DNA of 57,432 nucleotides, filler included, from Sphacelaria rigidula (lineage: Eukaryota): NCBI GenBank assembly GCA_964200075.2. It is 7 parts of 7 records of this genome, joined end to end, with 100 filler letters (N's around TTAATTAATTAA, not from the genome) between each part and the next. Parts side by side here need not be neighbours in the genome. Positions count along the whole stretch, not along the records: positions 1 to 8,119 come from CAXNAA020012226.1; positions 8,220 to 16,338 come from CAXNAA020012227.1; 5 more parts are not named here. The stretch is one strand, 5' to 3'. Numbering within the stretch: position 1 is the first letter of the stretch; each line of letters begins with the position of its first letter. Under the pieces are notes generated by a model. That model had not been told where the DNA came from and did no database searches. It saw nothing but the letters and a program-made list of their open reading frames with translations. This document shows positions 1 through 10,776 of this stretch, piece by piece. The position numbers and the translations under genes are program-made.

Positions 1-586
1 CGAAACTAGAAATAGCGAAGTGTATGGATAAAAGGTTCCTTCCTGTCCTCTGGGGACAAAAAAAACAAAAAAAAAAGAGAACCGGCAGACTGGGACGGGG
101 AGCTAATATACTGGAATTCAATGGTTTTATTTTGAAACCATTTCCACACAACCCTGTCGGCCTACAGAGGGGGGAGACTGGCGGATACACACGGATGCCC
201 ATTTGACTGACCCGCCGCAGAAACCACAGGCGGATCAGTATACAGACCGGCGTAAGGACTTGTTAATGCGACTTTTGACGCCCACGTCAGCTCCCTACAC
301 CGATATGACCAACCGCAGAGGCCATTATAGGAGTGCCTGCGGTGTCCGGAGGCATAATGAGAGTGCCTTTCGGAGATCTTACCGCGTTAGAGTGGCTCCG
401 CAAGCTCGTAGCTGGAGAAGTAAGGATTGGTAGGGGTCATGCACAAGCTTCCCTAGATGAAGTTAAGCTGTTGAAGAATAAGATCTATGTAGCAGCTGCC
501 CATCGCGTAGTGTTGATGGCCATGGCGACTACGGTTTCTCCTGCTGCCCCAGAGACGAGTATTTCTGGAGGAAGGAAACTGAGCCC

Positions 587-1570
587 TTGATCTTACAGTT
601 GTGCGGGACTTTCTATCGCCTTGTAATTCCCGACGCGACCCAGCAGCTCGTGACCAACACGCTGTTACAGGCCACCAATAAGGCTTTAGAGGACGAAGTG
701 CGCATGTTATCATTTAATTTCGGCAACCCCACTAGTCCCGCGATGCGGAGGAGAGGGAGGAATACCTATCGCATCCATAGTGATTTTCTTTCGGCCCTAC
801 AGCGCCAGTATGAATGGGACAAATCCACCGACCAGGTCGTGAACCGGACGGCAGCCGCTTCAACCCGGTCCTCTAGGTCGCACCCCGCGCCAACATACGC
901 GGGTCTGGTGGCCATGAAGGAGCATCTCTTGCGCGAAAATGCGGACGAGCAGGCAAGCGAAGAGGAGTTCACTTCAGCAGCAGCCTTCGGCAACCAGGGG
1001 GCATCCACACAGCGGGGAGGCACTCCGCTCGACGCTCCCTCACCCGCTGAGGACACTTTAAAGCGTCAGCGGGAAGTGTCTCCTAAGCCGGCAAAGCGAG
1101 CCCGCTTCGATACACGAAACGAAGCGCGGTGAACGGGGTTCCTACCCCCGCAGAACGCCCCACAAGAGGCACGGGACGTCGCGATACGCATTCTGGGGGT
1201 GTGCTTCAATCACGCATACGGTCGCAGCTGCGATCACTACGACAAGGGGAACTGCAGCTATTCGTACGACATTCAACGGTTCTCCTTTGGCTGTTTCAAG
1301 CATCCTGACCAGCCCGAGTCGAAGGAAAAGACAAAGTCGACGAGAGACCGCATCATGAGCCTACAGTTGGGAGATCTATTCAGCTTAGTGGACGCGGCGC
1401 GCCAGGATCGAGCGTTTGACCATGTCAGAACCGATTCGGGATCTGCCGCTAATCTTCTCCCCGAGAGGGATCAACAGCTCGTTGCACTTTTGAGGGATCT
1501 TGGGACCGAGGGATCACTTTCCTCTCAACCGGGCAAGAGGTCGAGTACCGAGGACGCTGACTCGGAATAA
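587..1570 (+). pseudogene. Gypsy gag-like region with a CCCH-like zinc finger (CFNHAYGRSCDHYDKGNCSYSY)
   Basis: Same-frame ORFs 587-1132 and 1199-1570 are separated by a stop and lie directly upstream of the protease motif. Cys-rich segment at about 1200-1270. Confidence 0.6.
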
Positions 1571-1710
1571 GGGTGCGTCCTGGGGTGTAGTCCCTACGGG
1601 ACCGCATAACGCCACCTTTAGCTCGAGTGGGGGAGGGAGATACGCAGAAGCTGTGGACACGAGCTGATGTTTGGCAGCACAGCAAGAGTGGTCACCGCCA
1701 ACCCGTAATT

Positions 1711-4145
1711 GTGTTACTGGACACCAGTGCAGGGAAGGGGAGCTACGCATCTAAACGTTGGTGGAAGTCCCTAGTCACCTGAGTTAATGTAACAAACATA
1801 TTGCAACAACAACGACAGGTTTTCTAAAGACCTCTAACCCCAACGATAGTAAGGTACCACCGACGAAGGTCCTGGGCTCTACCGTAATCCCTATTCGATT
1901 CCACCGAAAAATAGAGTAAGGAAGATATGGGTCAGGGTGGTTGACGGGTTACCATACAGATTCACTTTAGGGGAAGTTTTTCTTGGCGGAACAAGAGCAT
2001 TATGTCATTCGAGGGGCGAGCAGGATTCCGGCCCCCACCAGTCGCGCCGTGGTTAAGGTTCGTGTCCAACGATCCCTCGAAACTCGGAGCCGTTGATATC
2101 GGCCACCCCAACAACCGAAAGGCCCTGGCGGCATGGGCTTTGTTCTGTGCTGTCAAGCCAGGCGTGTCCAGCGATGATCCGAAGAGGATGCTATTTGGTG
2201 GAAGTGACCTGGCAGCAAAGGATGGAGTGTGGAAAAACCTCGGGGCTGAATAGGAGGACGACGCCACACTTCAGTGACTGTTGTACTTGACGAAGGACGT
2301 CCGTTTGGAAGGCTTCGTGAGGAAGTAAGTTCCTGGTTACCTGTAAGGACCCCAACCGTAGGAACGACAACTAACTCGTGTTGATCGAGCCCCGGACGGC
2401 GTTCGATCTGGATCACGAGCCCCAGGTTGGTGTGCCTAGAGGGGTACCACGGCGGTATCCTCAGTTACTGATTTTGTGTAAAGTGGTCAACACCACAAAG
2501 AGACCTCATCTCTTGCGTAGGGGCAGGGTAGTGGCCAAGGTTGTGGCTCTCAATGTTCGGGATCGCGAGCGGTTACGGAGTCTTTTGGTTCCCGATTCTG
2601 GCAAAACGCTCAAGTCGATAGTGGAGGAAGGTGAGACTGGGTCGACCAGTACACAACCGCTGTCCGAGTCGTCAGAGACGAAGGTGAAATACATGACGGA
2701 ACCAAGAGGAGTGGATCTCTCGGAGGCAAACATGGGCCAGTTGGGCTCCGCGCAAAAATACCAACTGTTAGCTTTGTTAAGCGACTTCAATGAAGTAGGC
2801 CTTTTCGCGGTTGATCCTAAACAAGTATAGGTAGCTCGTGGAGAGCCTCTACGGTTACGGTTGAAAGACACCAAGTATCGGCTACTCATTGCTGACACTA
2901 GGCGGTACTCGCTGGAACAGAGAGCAGCTATACAGGATGAAGTCCAAAAGCTTGTCGAGCGCGGATTCATCGAGTCATTGACGTCTGCTGGGCACCGGCC
3001 TGCGTCATGGGTCGAAAGAAACATGGCAGTCTACTACTATGTCAGGATATCGCGGACTAAATGAAGTTATCAAGCCGTACAGCAGCGCTTTGGTGGACAT
3101 GCAAACCATGTACAGTGGACTGGCGGGATTGAGATACCTTTCGATTGTCGACCTGGCGAGCAAATTGTTCCAGTTTCAGGTGGCGAAGGAGGATCGACAC
3201 ATCACGGCCTTTCGCGATGCAAGGGGGCACCTGTGGCAGCACCAGCGCTGTGGGTTCGGGCTTCAAGTGTTGTCAGCGACCTTTCACCGAACCGTATCCG
3301 AAGCGTTGCTACCTGCAAGAAGTGTCAAGAACTAGTTGGACAACATCTTTTGGCCTAGTGCGACCTTCCCCAGCCAGATGACAGGGTTGAGAGTCGTGCT
3401 GCACTGCTTGCTGAATGCGGGTCTTACTGTGAACTTCCAAAACTCACAGTGGTGCACACAGCAACAAGACTTCGTGGGAATGACGATTGATGCCTCGGGA
3501 TTATGACCTTCAGAGTCTAACATCGAGGCTATCGTTCAGTTGATGAAACCACGGAAGGCCGAGGGCCTACGACCGTTTTGGGGCGCAACAGGGTACCTTA
3601 GGCGATACGTCAAGGGATACAGTGCTGGAGGCGCCACTCACCGATTTGCTGCGCGATAAATGGTATGCCACCAAGCGAGCGCGTGGGGTAATGATCTCAT
3701 GGGGCCCACAACGGAGACAAGCATTCCCAGACCTGAAGAAGGCCCTTATGTCGTATCCAATTTTGGCGTACCCAGATTGGAATGGGTGGCTCGTTCTGCA
3801 CTCCGACACGTCAAAATACGCGGCGGGAGCAGCACTGGCCCAAGAAGCCGATAAGAGTGAATGGATCATAGAGTATACCAGTCATGGATGGTCTCGGACA
3901 GATCAGTAAACGACTGATGGAGAAGTTTTCGTGGTACTGTGGTCTGTAGAACGGTTTAGATTGTATATATTGGGGTGAGAGTTTACCCTGGTGATGGATT
4001 GTAGCGCGTTGACGTGGCTGTTCCGTAGACAGAACTTGTCGCCCAAGTTCCATCGATGGGCGCCGAGTTGATGAAGTACGAGATGGTCCTCAAGTGGGGG
4101 ACTGGACAGGAACACCATCTGCCGGACGCCCTGTCGCGGTTGCAG
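1711..4145 (+). pseudogene. Gypsy pol: aspartic protease, RT and RNase H (disrupted)
   Basis: Motifs spread over ORFs 2378-2830, 2861-3064, 3039-3335, 3622-3909 and 4056-4319, with in-frame stops such as TGA at 3504 and 3976. Confidence 0.9.
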
Positions 4146-4400
4146 TGGAGCCAGGGAAGAAGACCCGACATTGGTGTGTCGTCTCCTGACGACACTGCTG
4201 AAACCGGACCGGGTCGAGAGGCAGGACCACAGGGAGTCAAACTGAATGGCGTGCTTCTAAACGAACTGGACGCTGATTATCCGGAAGCGACTGCGGATGT
4301 CAGGGCACTAGCATTATAGGAGATCAGCGCGTTTTTTCCACCGGAAGCAGGTGATGACTCCAAGAGTGCCGTGCCGGGTCCGGAGAAGCTACGACTCCCA

Positions 4401-6650
4401 GCCCTTGTTGTCCACTGCGGAGGTGGTGGAGATGTGCTAGCTGCCGAGGAGGTTTTGGAGGTGGATTGTGTTAGAGTAAACCAGATGGGGGAAGGGGTAT
4501 GATTGGTACGTACGATTCCGGAACGACGGTCGTTCCATAGTCTAGTGGAAGAATTGCAACCAGAGGTACTTGTAGGAGATGCGAGCAGGGTTGTGCCAAT
4601 AGATCGAACTATTCCGGAGTCGGAGTCAGTCATTGTCACTACAGGCTGGTTCACGGGAAAAAAAACAAATTTTGTTATCAGCAAATGCCTTCTGGAATAC
4701 GCACCCAATAGTTGCATACATGGTATCATACTGACCGCAATGAACACACGAAGAGGGTAACATAGCCAGATTTTGGTTTAAGGCTACAGCGGTGGCGCCA
4801 TGGACAAAAATGTGTCTCGACCAATCAGCGTCTTTCAAACTGTTCCGAAATTGAAAATGCAAATTCCAAGCCCAATTTCCACCGAATCTCCACATGCTTC
4901 AAATCGTGGTGACCATCATCATGTCAAGAGTCTAACGGGAGGAACGGATTTAAAAACGGTGCCAACGGGGTCGAATTATACCCGAAACCGTAATGTTTCG
5001 GTGATGTGGAGTGTGGCGTCGTCTAATTTCCACCCATGATACGCAGGAAAGACTCAGGGAGCTTCGTGACGATTTCCCTTACATCTGTTGTAGAAAAGCT
5101 GAGATCATCCTCAAACTTGGCAGTTCCGTAGGTATTTATGCTCCAAATGGAAAAATTGTGTTCTTGGCAAGGGTTCAAAGTTTCTCCGTTCTCTACCGGC
5201 TTTCGGGGGTCCCAGTACAAAGACCCGCGGAAGGCGGTACATAATGACCCAAAAAAATAATAATAACATGATACGTCCCAGGATGGTCCAAGGAATACAT
5301 GTACAAATTTTGGTGGAGAAAATTGAAAATCTTATACGATTTGTCCTGCCTTGACGTAAAATTCACTCTAAAAGATGCTTTCATACTCAAACCAAGTAGT
5401 CGGGAGTTTGCACGTTTTAGGCTCACATCCTTGCACAAACGCGCAAATCTTTACGCATTTATGAGGAGTTAGACCCTGAAACTTTGCACAAATGTGCTAT
5501 GAATCATCACGCAAGTTTTGATCAACGAGGATTTTTTAATTCTTGAATTTTTCACCGTTTTTCGGGGGTCCGACGGGATCCAAGTCGTTTTTTCGAAGTC
5601 GTCCATCCTGGGACTCAGGAAAGCCGGCACTACGGTCGTTTTATCACTTTTTTCGCGAACGCTCTGTCGCCGCAAAACCCAAAGAAGAACTCCACAAAGT
5701 TTTGTGGCCGAGATCGATTAACTGGTGCTTGAATTTCCATGTTCACGTCAAAAAAAGGCCCAAAAACGCCATTTTTGTTCTAAAACCTAGTAGTTTGCCG
5801 TTTCACCGTGGCACGACAAGGTTGGTCGTACAAACGCGAAAATCTTCACGCCGTTTCAAGGAGTTAGACCCTGAAATTTTGCGCGACTGTGCTATGGATC
5901 ATCACGAAACTTTACATGGATGAGGTTGTTAATTTTTGTTTGTTTACCGTTTTATGGGGGTCAGACTGGATCGAAGTTTCCCCGAAAAACCTGGAACCCC
6001 GGAAAAACGGGGGGAAAGTAAAAAAGTTACCAAAAACCTCGACCTTGGAAAGTTGCGTAATGTCCCATAGAACACCTGTGCAAAATTTCAGGGTCTGACT
6101 CCTTAAAACGGCGTGAAGTTTTGCCGATGAGTGTATTTGTTTGTTTTTTCCGTGAACCAGCCTGTAAGGAGTTAGTCGAGTCGTTCCTCTCTTCGGCTTC
6201 TGTGATGACGTTAATCGGGGATGGTGTGGCCATGACGGTGCACTCTTCCAGCTGGAAGGAACTCGTTGTTCCGTTGTTGAGCGGAGCTGGTTGTATCACA
6301 GAGCAGAGTTTGGTCTCAGCCGTGCAGGTGAGCACACCATACCGGAAAAGACGGACCTACGTAGTCGTCGTGAAAGCTGACTGTGGACGGGAGCCATAAC
6401 TGCAACCGTGGAGGTGACGTCTTGAAGCGTACGCAGGGTAGCTGTTAGGCCGGACGAGAACCTATTTGTTAGAGCCGACGGGACGAGGTAGGCCAGTTCG
6501 TGCATGTGAGGAACCGATTCCCGCCTTGTCTCGATCTCGGCTGACAAAACGGAAAGCAAAACGCGAGGAATTCACACCTCACAAGGCTGACGCAAGGGGA
6601 TGGGAAGAAGCAATCGAACTGGAGAGGATCGATGCCCTGTGCTGTTTTCA
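4401..6650 (+). pseudogene. C5 cytosine DNA methyltransferase-like domain fused in frame to Gypsy pol after RNase H, interrupted by the 4642-6164 transposon
   Basis: Motif I-like ALVVHCGGGGDV (4401-4436). Motif IV position LQPEVLVGD. Motif VII/VIII-like LLSGAGCITEQSLVSAVQVSTPYRKRRTYVVVVK (about 6274-6375). TRD/motif IX-like PVRACEEPIPAL...FTPHKAD...IELERIDA. The frame is restored (ACT-AAG, T-K) when the insertion plus one TA is removed. Confidence 0.65.
4642..6164. mobile_element. Non-autonomous TIR DNA transposon (Tc1/mariner-type TA target duplication), 1523 bp
   Basis: Ends TA|CAGGCTGGTTCACGGGAAAA...TTTTTTCCGTGAACCAGCCTG|TA. Subterminal inverted repeat at about 5840-6125. No transposase ORF. 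Second copy in contig 3. Confidence 0.9.
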
Positions 6651-6899
6651 TGGGGTAAAGAGCCACCATGATAGTGGCGAGCGAAGGACAGTGAAGTAAC
6701 ACGCTGAATGCCCGCGAGCATCAGCGACAGCAGCGGTGATGGCAGCCAAGCCACCATGGCTGCTGTCGTGGGCTGGGGGGCGTGTTGGCGTGCCGCTGGA
6801 TTTCAAACGCGTTTTCTGATCACAAAAGAAGTGGGTTTTCAGTCACTTATCGGAAACGCGTTTTTTCTAGAGATGAGAAGTAGCCGACAGGTCAGCCTC

Positions 6900-7239
6900 A
6901 GTGTCACGTACACGGCAACATCACGTGTTACACCACACGTTACAACGCCTGAAACACTGGTAAATGAGCCGCGACATGCACAGAATGAAACGTTATATTC
7001 GAACGTTACACGTGTCAACGTAACGTTATATTAGAGGTTACACGTGACATTGAAACGTTTCATATTACGATACATGTAACAAAACGTAACGTTGATATTT
7101 TTCACGTGATGAACGTAACGTTAACGTAACCTTAAAACGTTTTTAACGTGGTATACGTAACGTAGCGTGAACGTTAAAGATTTTTTCCGCGATGAACGTA
7201 ACGTGAACGTGAACGTGAACATGAACGTGTAGACCCCTA
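6900..7239. repeat. ACGT/AACGT-rich degenerate tandem block
   Basis: Dense AACGT, GAACGT and TAACGT units ending in AACGTGTAGACCCCTA. Confidence 0.75.
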
Positions 7240-8119
7240 TAAAAAATAGGAAAACGCTCGGGCTGTGAACTGGACCAGTTTGTACTGGCAGTTTAACTGG
7301 AGCTGGAGTTTAACTGGAACTGGGGATGAGGACTCCAGTTTATCCAGTTTATTTGAAGTTTGCCGTTACCGGCTATGTTGATGCCATTTTCAGTATGGTT
7401 CGTTTATTAGAAAGATGCTTACATGATTACGGACAAAATGGCAATAGGATTGGGATCTGCACCGGACAGCAGTACAAGTACAGGTACTCACAGTACAATA
7501 CAGTAATAGTGGTCACTAAACCTTGAAGTCATCTTGTGGATATATGCCAGGTTTGTCGTTTCATAGCACAAGATGCACCTAGAATGAAAACTAGCACACG
7601 AACGGTAATAATCCGCGACCACAAAGTACAAAGTACACCATGGCTTGCAATTCAACTGCATGCGTGCTTGTGGGTCCGGACGTCAATCATGTTGCGCTCT
7701 TATCTCCGCGTGTTGCCAGCCTTGGCTTGTTTGCATCCTCCCCTCCTCACGGAGAGTCTGCTGCTGCATATTACAGATGCATGGTTTTCGAATCGCTCAC
7801 CGCTTTGAATGGGATTTGAATGTCATCCGAGAGTGTCGCCCAAAAAAACAATCCGAGACCCTATTGTGATATAGAGGGGGGTATTGACAGGTTCCACACC
7901 TTCCTAGCTATGATCAGTGTGCTGCAAGCTTGAGTAGGCGCGCAAACGCACCAGGTGTCCGAGTAAAACAAGCTGCAAATGCACACGTGCAAATTCACGT
8001 GACTGTTGGTCACAGTAGCAACAAACAAAAGGAGCTCAAAGGCTTGATATCTTTTTAACTCTCACTGATTATCCCCTTGATCGCCCAGCACACTGTTCTC
8101 ACCAATGGTAAACAGTAGG

Positions 8120-8219
8120 NNNNNNNNNNNNNNNNNNNNNNNNNNNNNNNNNNNNNNNNNNNNTTAATTAATTAANNNNNNNNNNNNNNNNNNNNNNNNN
8201 NNNNNNNNNNNNNNNNNNN
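8120..8219. other. Artificial contig spacer (N44-TTAATTAATTAA-N44); identical spacers at 16339-16438, 24558-24657, 32777-32876, 40996-41095, 49215-49314
   Basis: Six identical 100-bp spacers carry a six-frame stop core. The segments between them are 8119 bp (x6) and 8118 bp. Confidence 0.98.
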
Positions 8220-8286
8220 AAAGGGATGCGGGGTCAATGGTCAAACGACTAAGGCAAACAACAAATGAGTACGCCCCCCCCCCCCC
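8220..8286 (+). repeat. Short interspersed repeat ending in poly-C (AAGGGATGCGTGGTCAATGGTCAAACGACTAAGGCAAGCAACAAATGAGTACGCCCCC); other copies about 8371-8441, 17720-17780, 20401-20504, 32283-32373, 32429-32527, 44437-44508 (-), tail only at 16486-16511
   Basis: Direct sequence comparison across four contigs. Confidence 0.9.
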
Positions 8287-8476
8287 TCGTAAGATCACGG
8301 TGCTTCGCGGTTGGTGATTGATTGCGAACCTGGTCCTGCGAAAATCCGGCGTGCTCCGACCCGGCTTTTTAGGGATGCGAGGTCAATGGTCATATGACTC
8401 TGGCATGTTAAGATCATGAGTACACCCTGCGGGCGCCCCCCTCTTGCTCATGCTTGAACCTTTTGTGTCATCTCAG

Positions 8477-8626
8477 GGCGAGACACATGAAACGGAAGGG
8501 CTGGAAGACAGCTCCGAGTTGGATTCATCCTCAGGCATCAGCAAGAATGTTCTCGTAATCGTATTTTGTGCCGTTGCTTTCATTGCCAACGGTGGGTTTC
8601 TCGTTTACGTATTCTGGGTCATGTAG
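8477..8626 (+). CDS. Terminal exon of an unknown protein with a C-terminal transmembrane helix
   Basis: Pyrimidine-rich acceptor ..TCATCTCAG, then GETHETEGLEDSSELDSSSGISKNVLVIVFCAVAFIANGGFLVYVFWVM-stop, followed by GT/T-rich 3'UTR-like sequence. Confidence 0.65.
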   Translation, partial: GETHETEGLEDSSELDSSSGISKNVLVIVFCAVAFIANGGFLVYVFWVM

Positions 8627-10776
8627 TTCATTCATTAATTTTTGTGCGCGAAATGAATGTCTTCTTCCGAGTGATTGTTGTGGGAGTGCGTGATAGGTTT
8701 GTCTCGAGTAGTAGTCGTGGAGGTATTGTGCTGAAAGTAGTCGTGTTTTGTTTCTTTATGCAAGCTCGTGCGGGATGTTTCCTTTCGCATGTTGCTGTTT
8801 CTTCGTGCTGTGCTTCTGGGACGGGGTTGTGTCGTCTCGACCAAAAGTACACGTATCGTCTTCGTCGTTTGTCCGCCCTGGGCCACGTTTTGCGTGTTCT
8901 GAAACTGTTCCGTGCTTGTTGTGTGCCTTTTGCGCTTCCGATATTTCGTCAATCTGCATATACATATATATGTATATGTTAGATGTCTTCGATAAATGTC
9001 TTCGATTCGCGCTTTATTGCGTACCTTCCGTCCACTTATTTTCAATATGTTGAGATTTTTTTCGGGGGGCGGGGCGGGGAGGGGGGGTTCTTGGAGATAT
9101 TTGCCAACCGCCAGAAAAAAAAATCATTCCAGAAATGAAGCGTCAACCATGGTGGTTTAGTTGTGTTCGCGTTGGAACAGCTCAATGGTTGAGGTGTAAG
9201 GTGACTCGTTTAATATCTGTGTGAAGTTTGTGAGTATGGTTCGATGTGTGCAAAAACATCGATGGAGTCTGCCGTTCTGCTTTTTTTTGTTTCAAATATC
9301 TATAATTTATTTTCAAGGAACTGTGTCAGTGCCGTCGATATATACAGGGTATAGCACCCCGAAGTTGTTTGGCACGCGCGTCTTCCTCCAGGGGACGCTA
9401 TCTGAGCTCGTTTAGTTTGGAACATGCAAATTAGTGATGGAAGTATCGAACGGTTTGTGTAGGATAGGTCGAATTGGATGTGTATCGCTCATGTGATTTT
9501 GTGCTTAGCTCGAAACAAGGGAAGAGGCGGGGGTTCGTGTCAATTTAAATAAAGAGTTCGCGTACCTGTTGGAAATTCCCCTTTGTGTCAACTCGCCAAC
9601 CCCCCTCCCCTCCCCTCCCCTGTACACGTGAATCACGGAGAAAATATATTGAAATGAGATGCACAATATGAGTGGTGCGGCTTGTTTTTTGCAAAACAAA
9701 TGCACGGACCGCCATCATACTCGAGGTTGCTACCCTAGTAACACGTGGTTTCGGTTCATCGAGAACATGCGCTCCCGTTCATAAGGTCAGGCCCGTGTAC
9801 AGTACAGTGGAAGGGTAGTGGAACAATGATTGAAATGACAGTTTTGTCGGGAAGGGGAGTTTGATGAAGTAATGCCAGAGTCTGTGCGAGAGACTGATAC
9901 ATGTGTAGAATGTTGACCCTTTGACCGTTAGGGCGGGTCATTTGGGTCTCGCTGTACGTTATTTTTTTTGAGTGAGCGTAATGCCGGTTCAATAGATGAC
10001 CCACCCTGGCGGTCGAGGTATCATTCGAGGGTTGTCTGCTGAATTATTTTTCTGTCGAACACACGGTAGTGTACAAGATGGGTGGCAGGTAGACTCCGGC
10101 GAACTTGTGGGTTGCACAGCAGTCAACGCTGCATTAGTCACATGACACAGGACTACCACAGAAAAACGAGGATCAGGACGATACAGTAGATCTCACCACT
10201 TGGTCGGATGAAGCTGTGCGAAATTTCACGACTTTGATTTTACTGTGAACACCGATCTTTGTATCATTATTAACAGCGTGGCTGACAGTCCCACGTACCC
10301 TTAGCGTGAGCAGAAAGCCTTTCATTCAAATCGACGCCTCCGGCACCGATGTCTTGAGGGCTGCCAACGCACACTTTGTCTTGGGCACTCTCTGCATCTC
10401 CCCTACCCGAGTAATCTCGTCAAGCCTTCAGTTAGGGTCATATGGTTATGGCCAAGGTTAGCGTTGTTTCGAAATCATAAATTTCAGACAAAAAAGTTCG
10501 CTGGAAAGAGCCCTTCCACCAAGAAGTGGTGATACAAGCTTGGGCAATGTCACAAGATGAACATGAAGTAGTTACCGACGTGGTAAATAGTTACCGACGC
10601 ATTCTCTGTTGTGTAGTGTCTCTCCGATGACTGCGGGTTTCTACCCCCACACACGACTAAAAACCGTACCGATTAAAAACCGAACCGAGCCATGAGTTGT
10701 AGGCACCACAGCACAGACGGTATGGATGTGGACATTTTATTTTGAGGATGCTTGACCATTTGAGGCTTGGAATTTG

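Larger units (their letters stand above)
330..6650 (+). mobile_element. Decayed Ty3/Gypsy LTR retrotransposon (gag, protease, RT, RNase H, DNMT-like domain); no integrase or LTR seen; ends approximate
   Basis: Domain order PR-RT-RH. Protease VLLDTSA at 1711-1731. RT motifs IVDLASKLFQFQVAKEDRHITAFRD and GFGL, with a mutated active site N*LDNI near 3330-3347. RNase H motifs LHSDTSKYAAGAALAQ, FTLVMDCSALTWLF and HHLPDALSRL. Many stops and frameshifts. Confidence 0.9.

Noticed and set aside
1-8119. LTR pair, primer-binding site and integrase for the Gypsy element
   Set aside because: No direct terminal repeat and no HHCC/DDE motifs could be found; the element appears truncated after about 6650.
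8164-8175. Regularly spaced TTAATTAATTAA motifs as a biological repeat or CRISPR-like array
   Set aside because: They are embedded in N runs and are an assembly linker.
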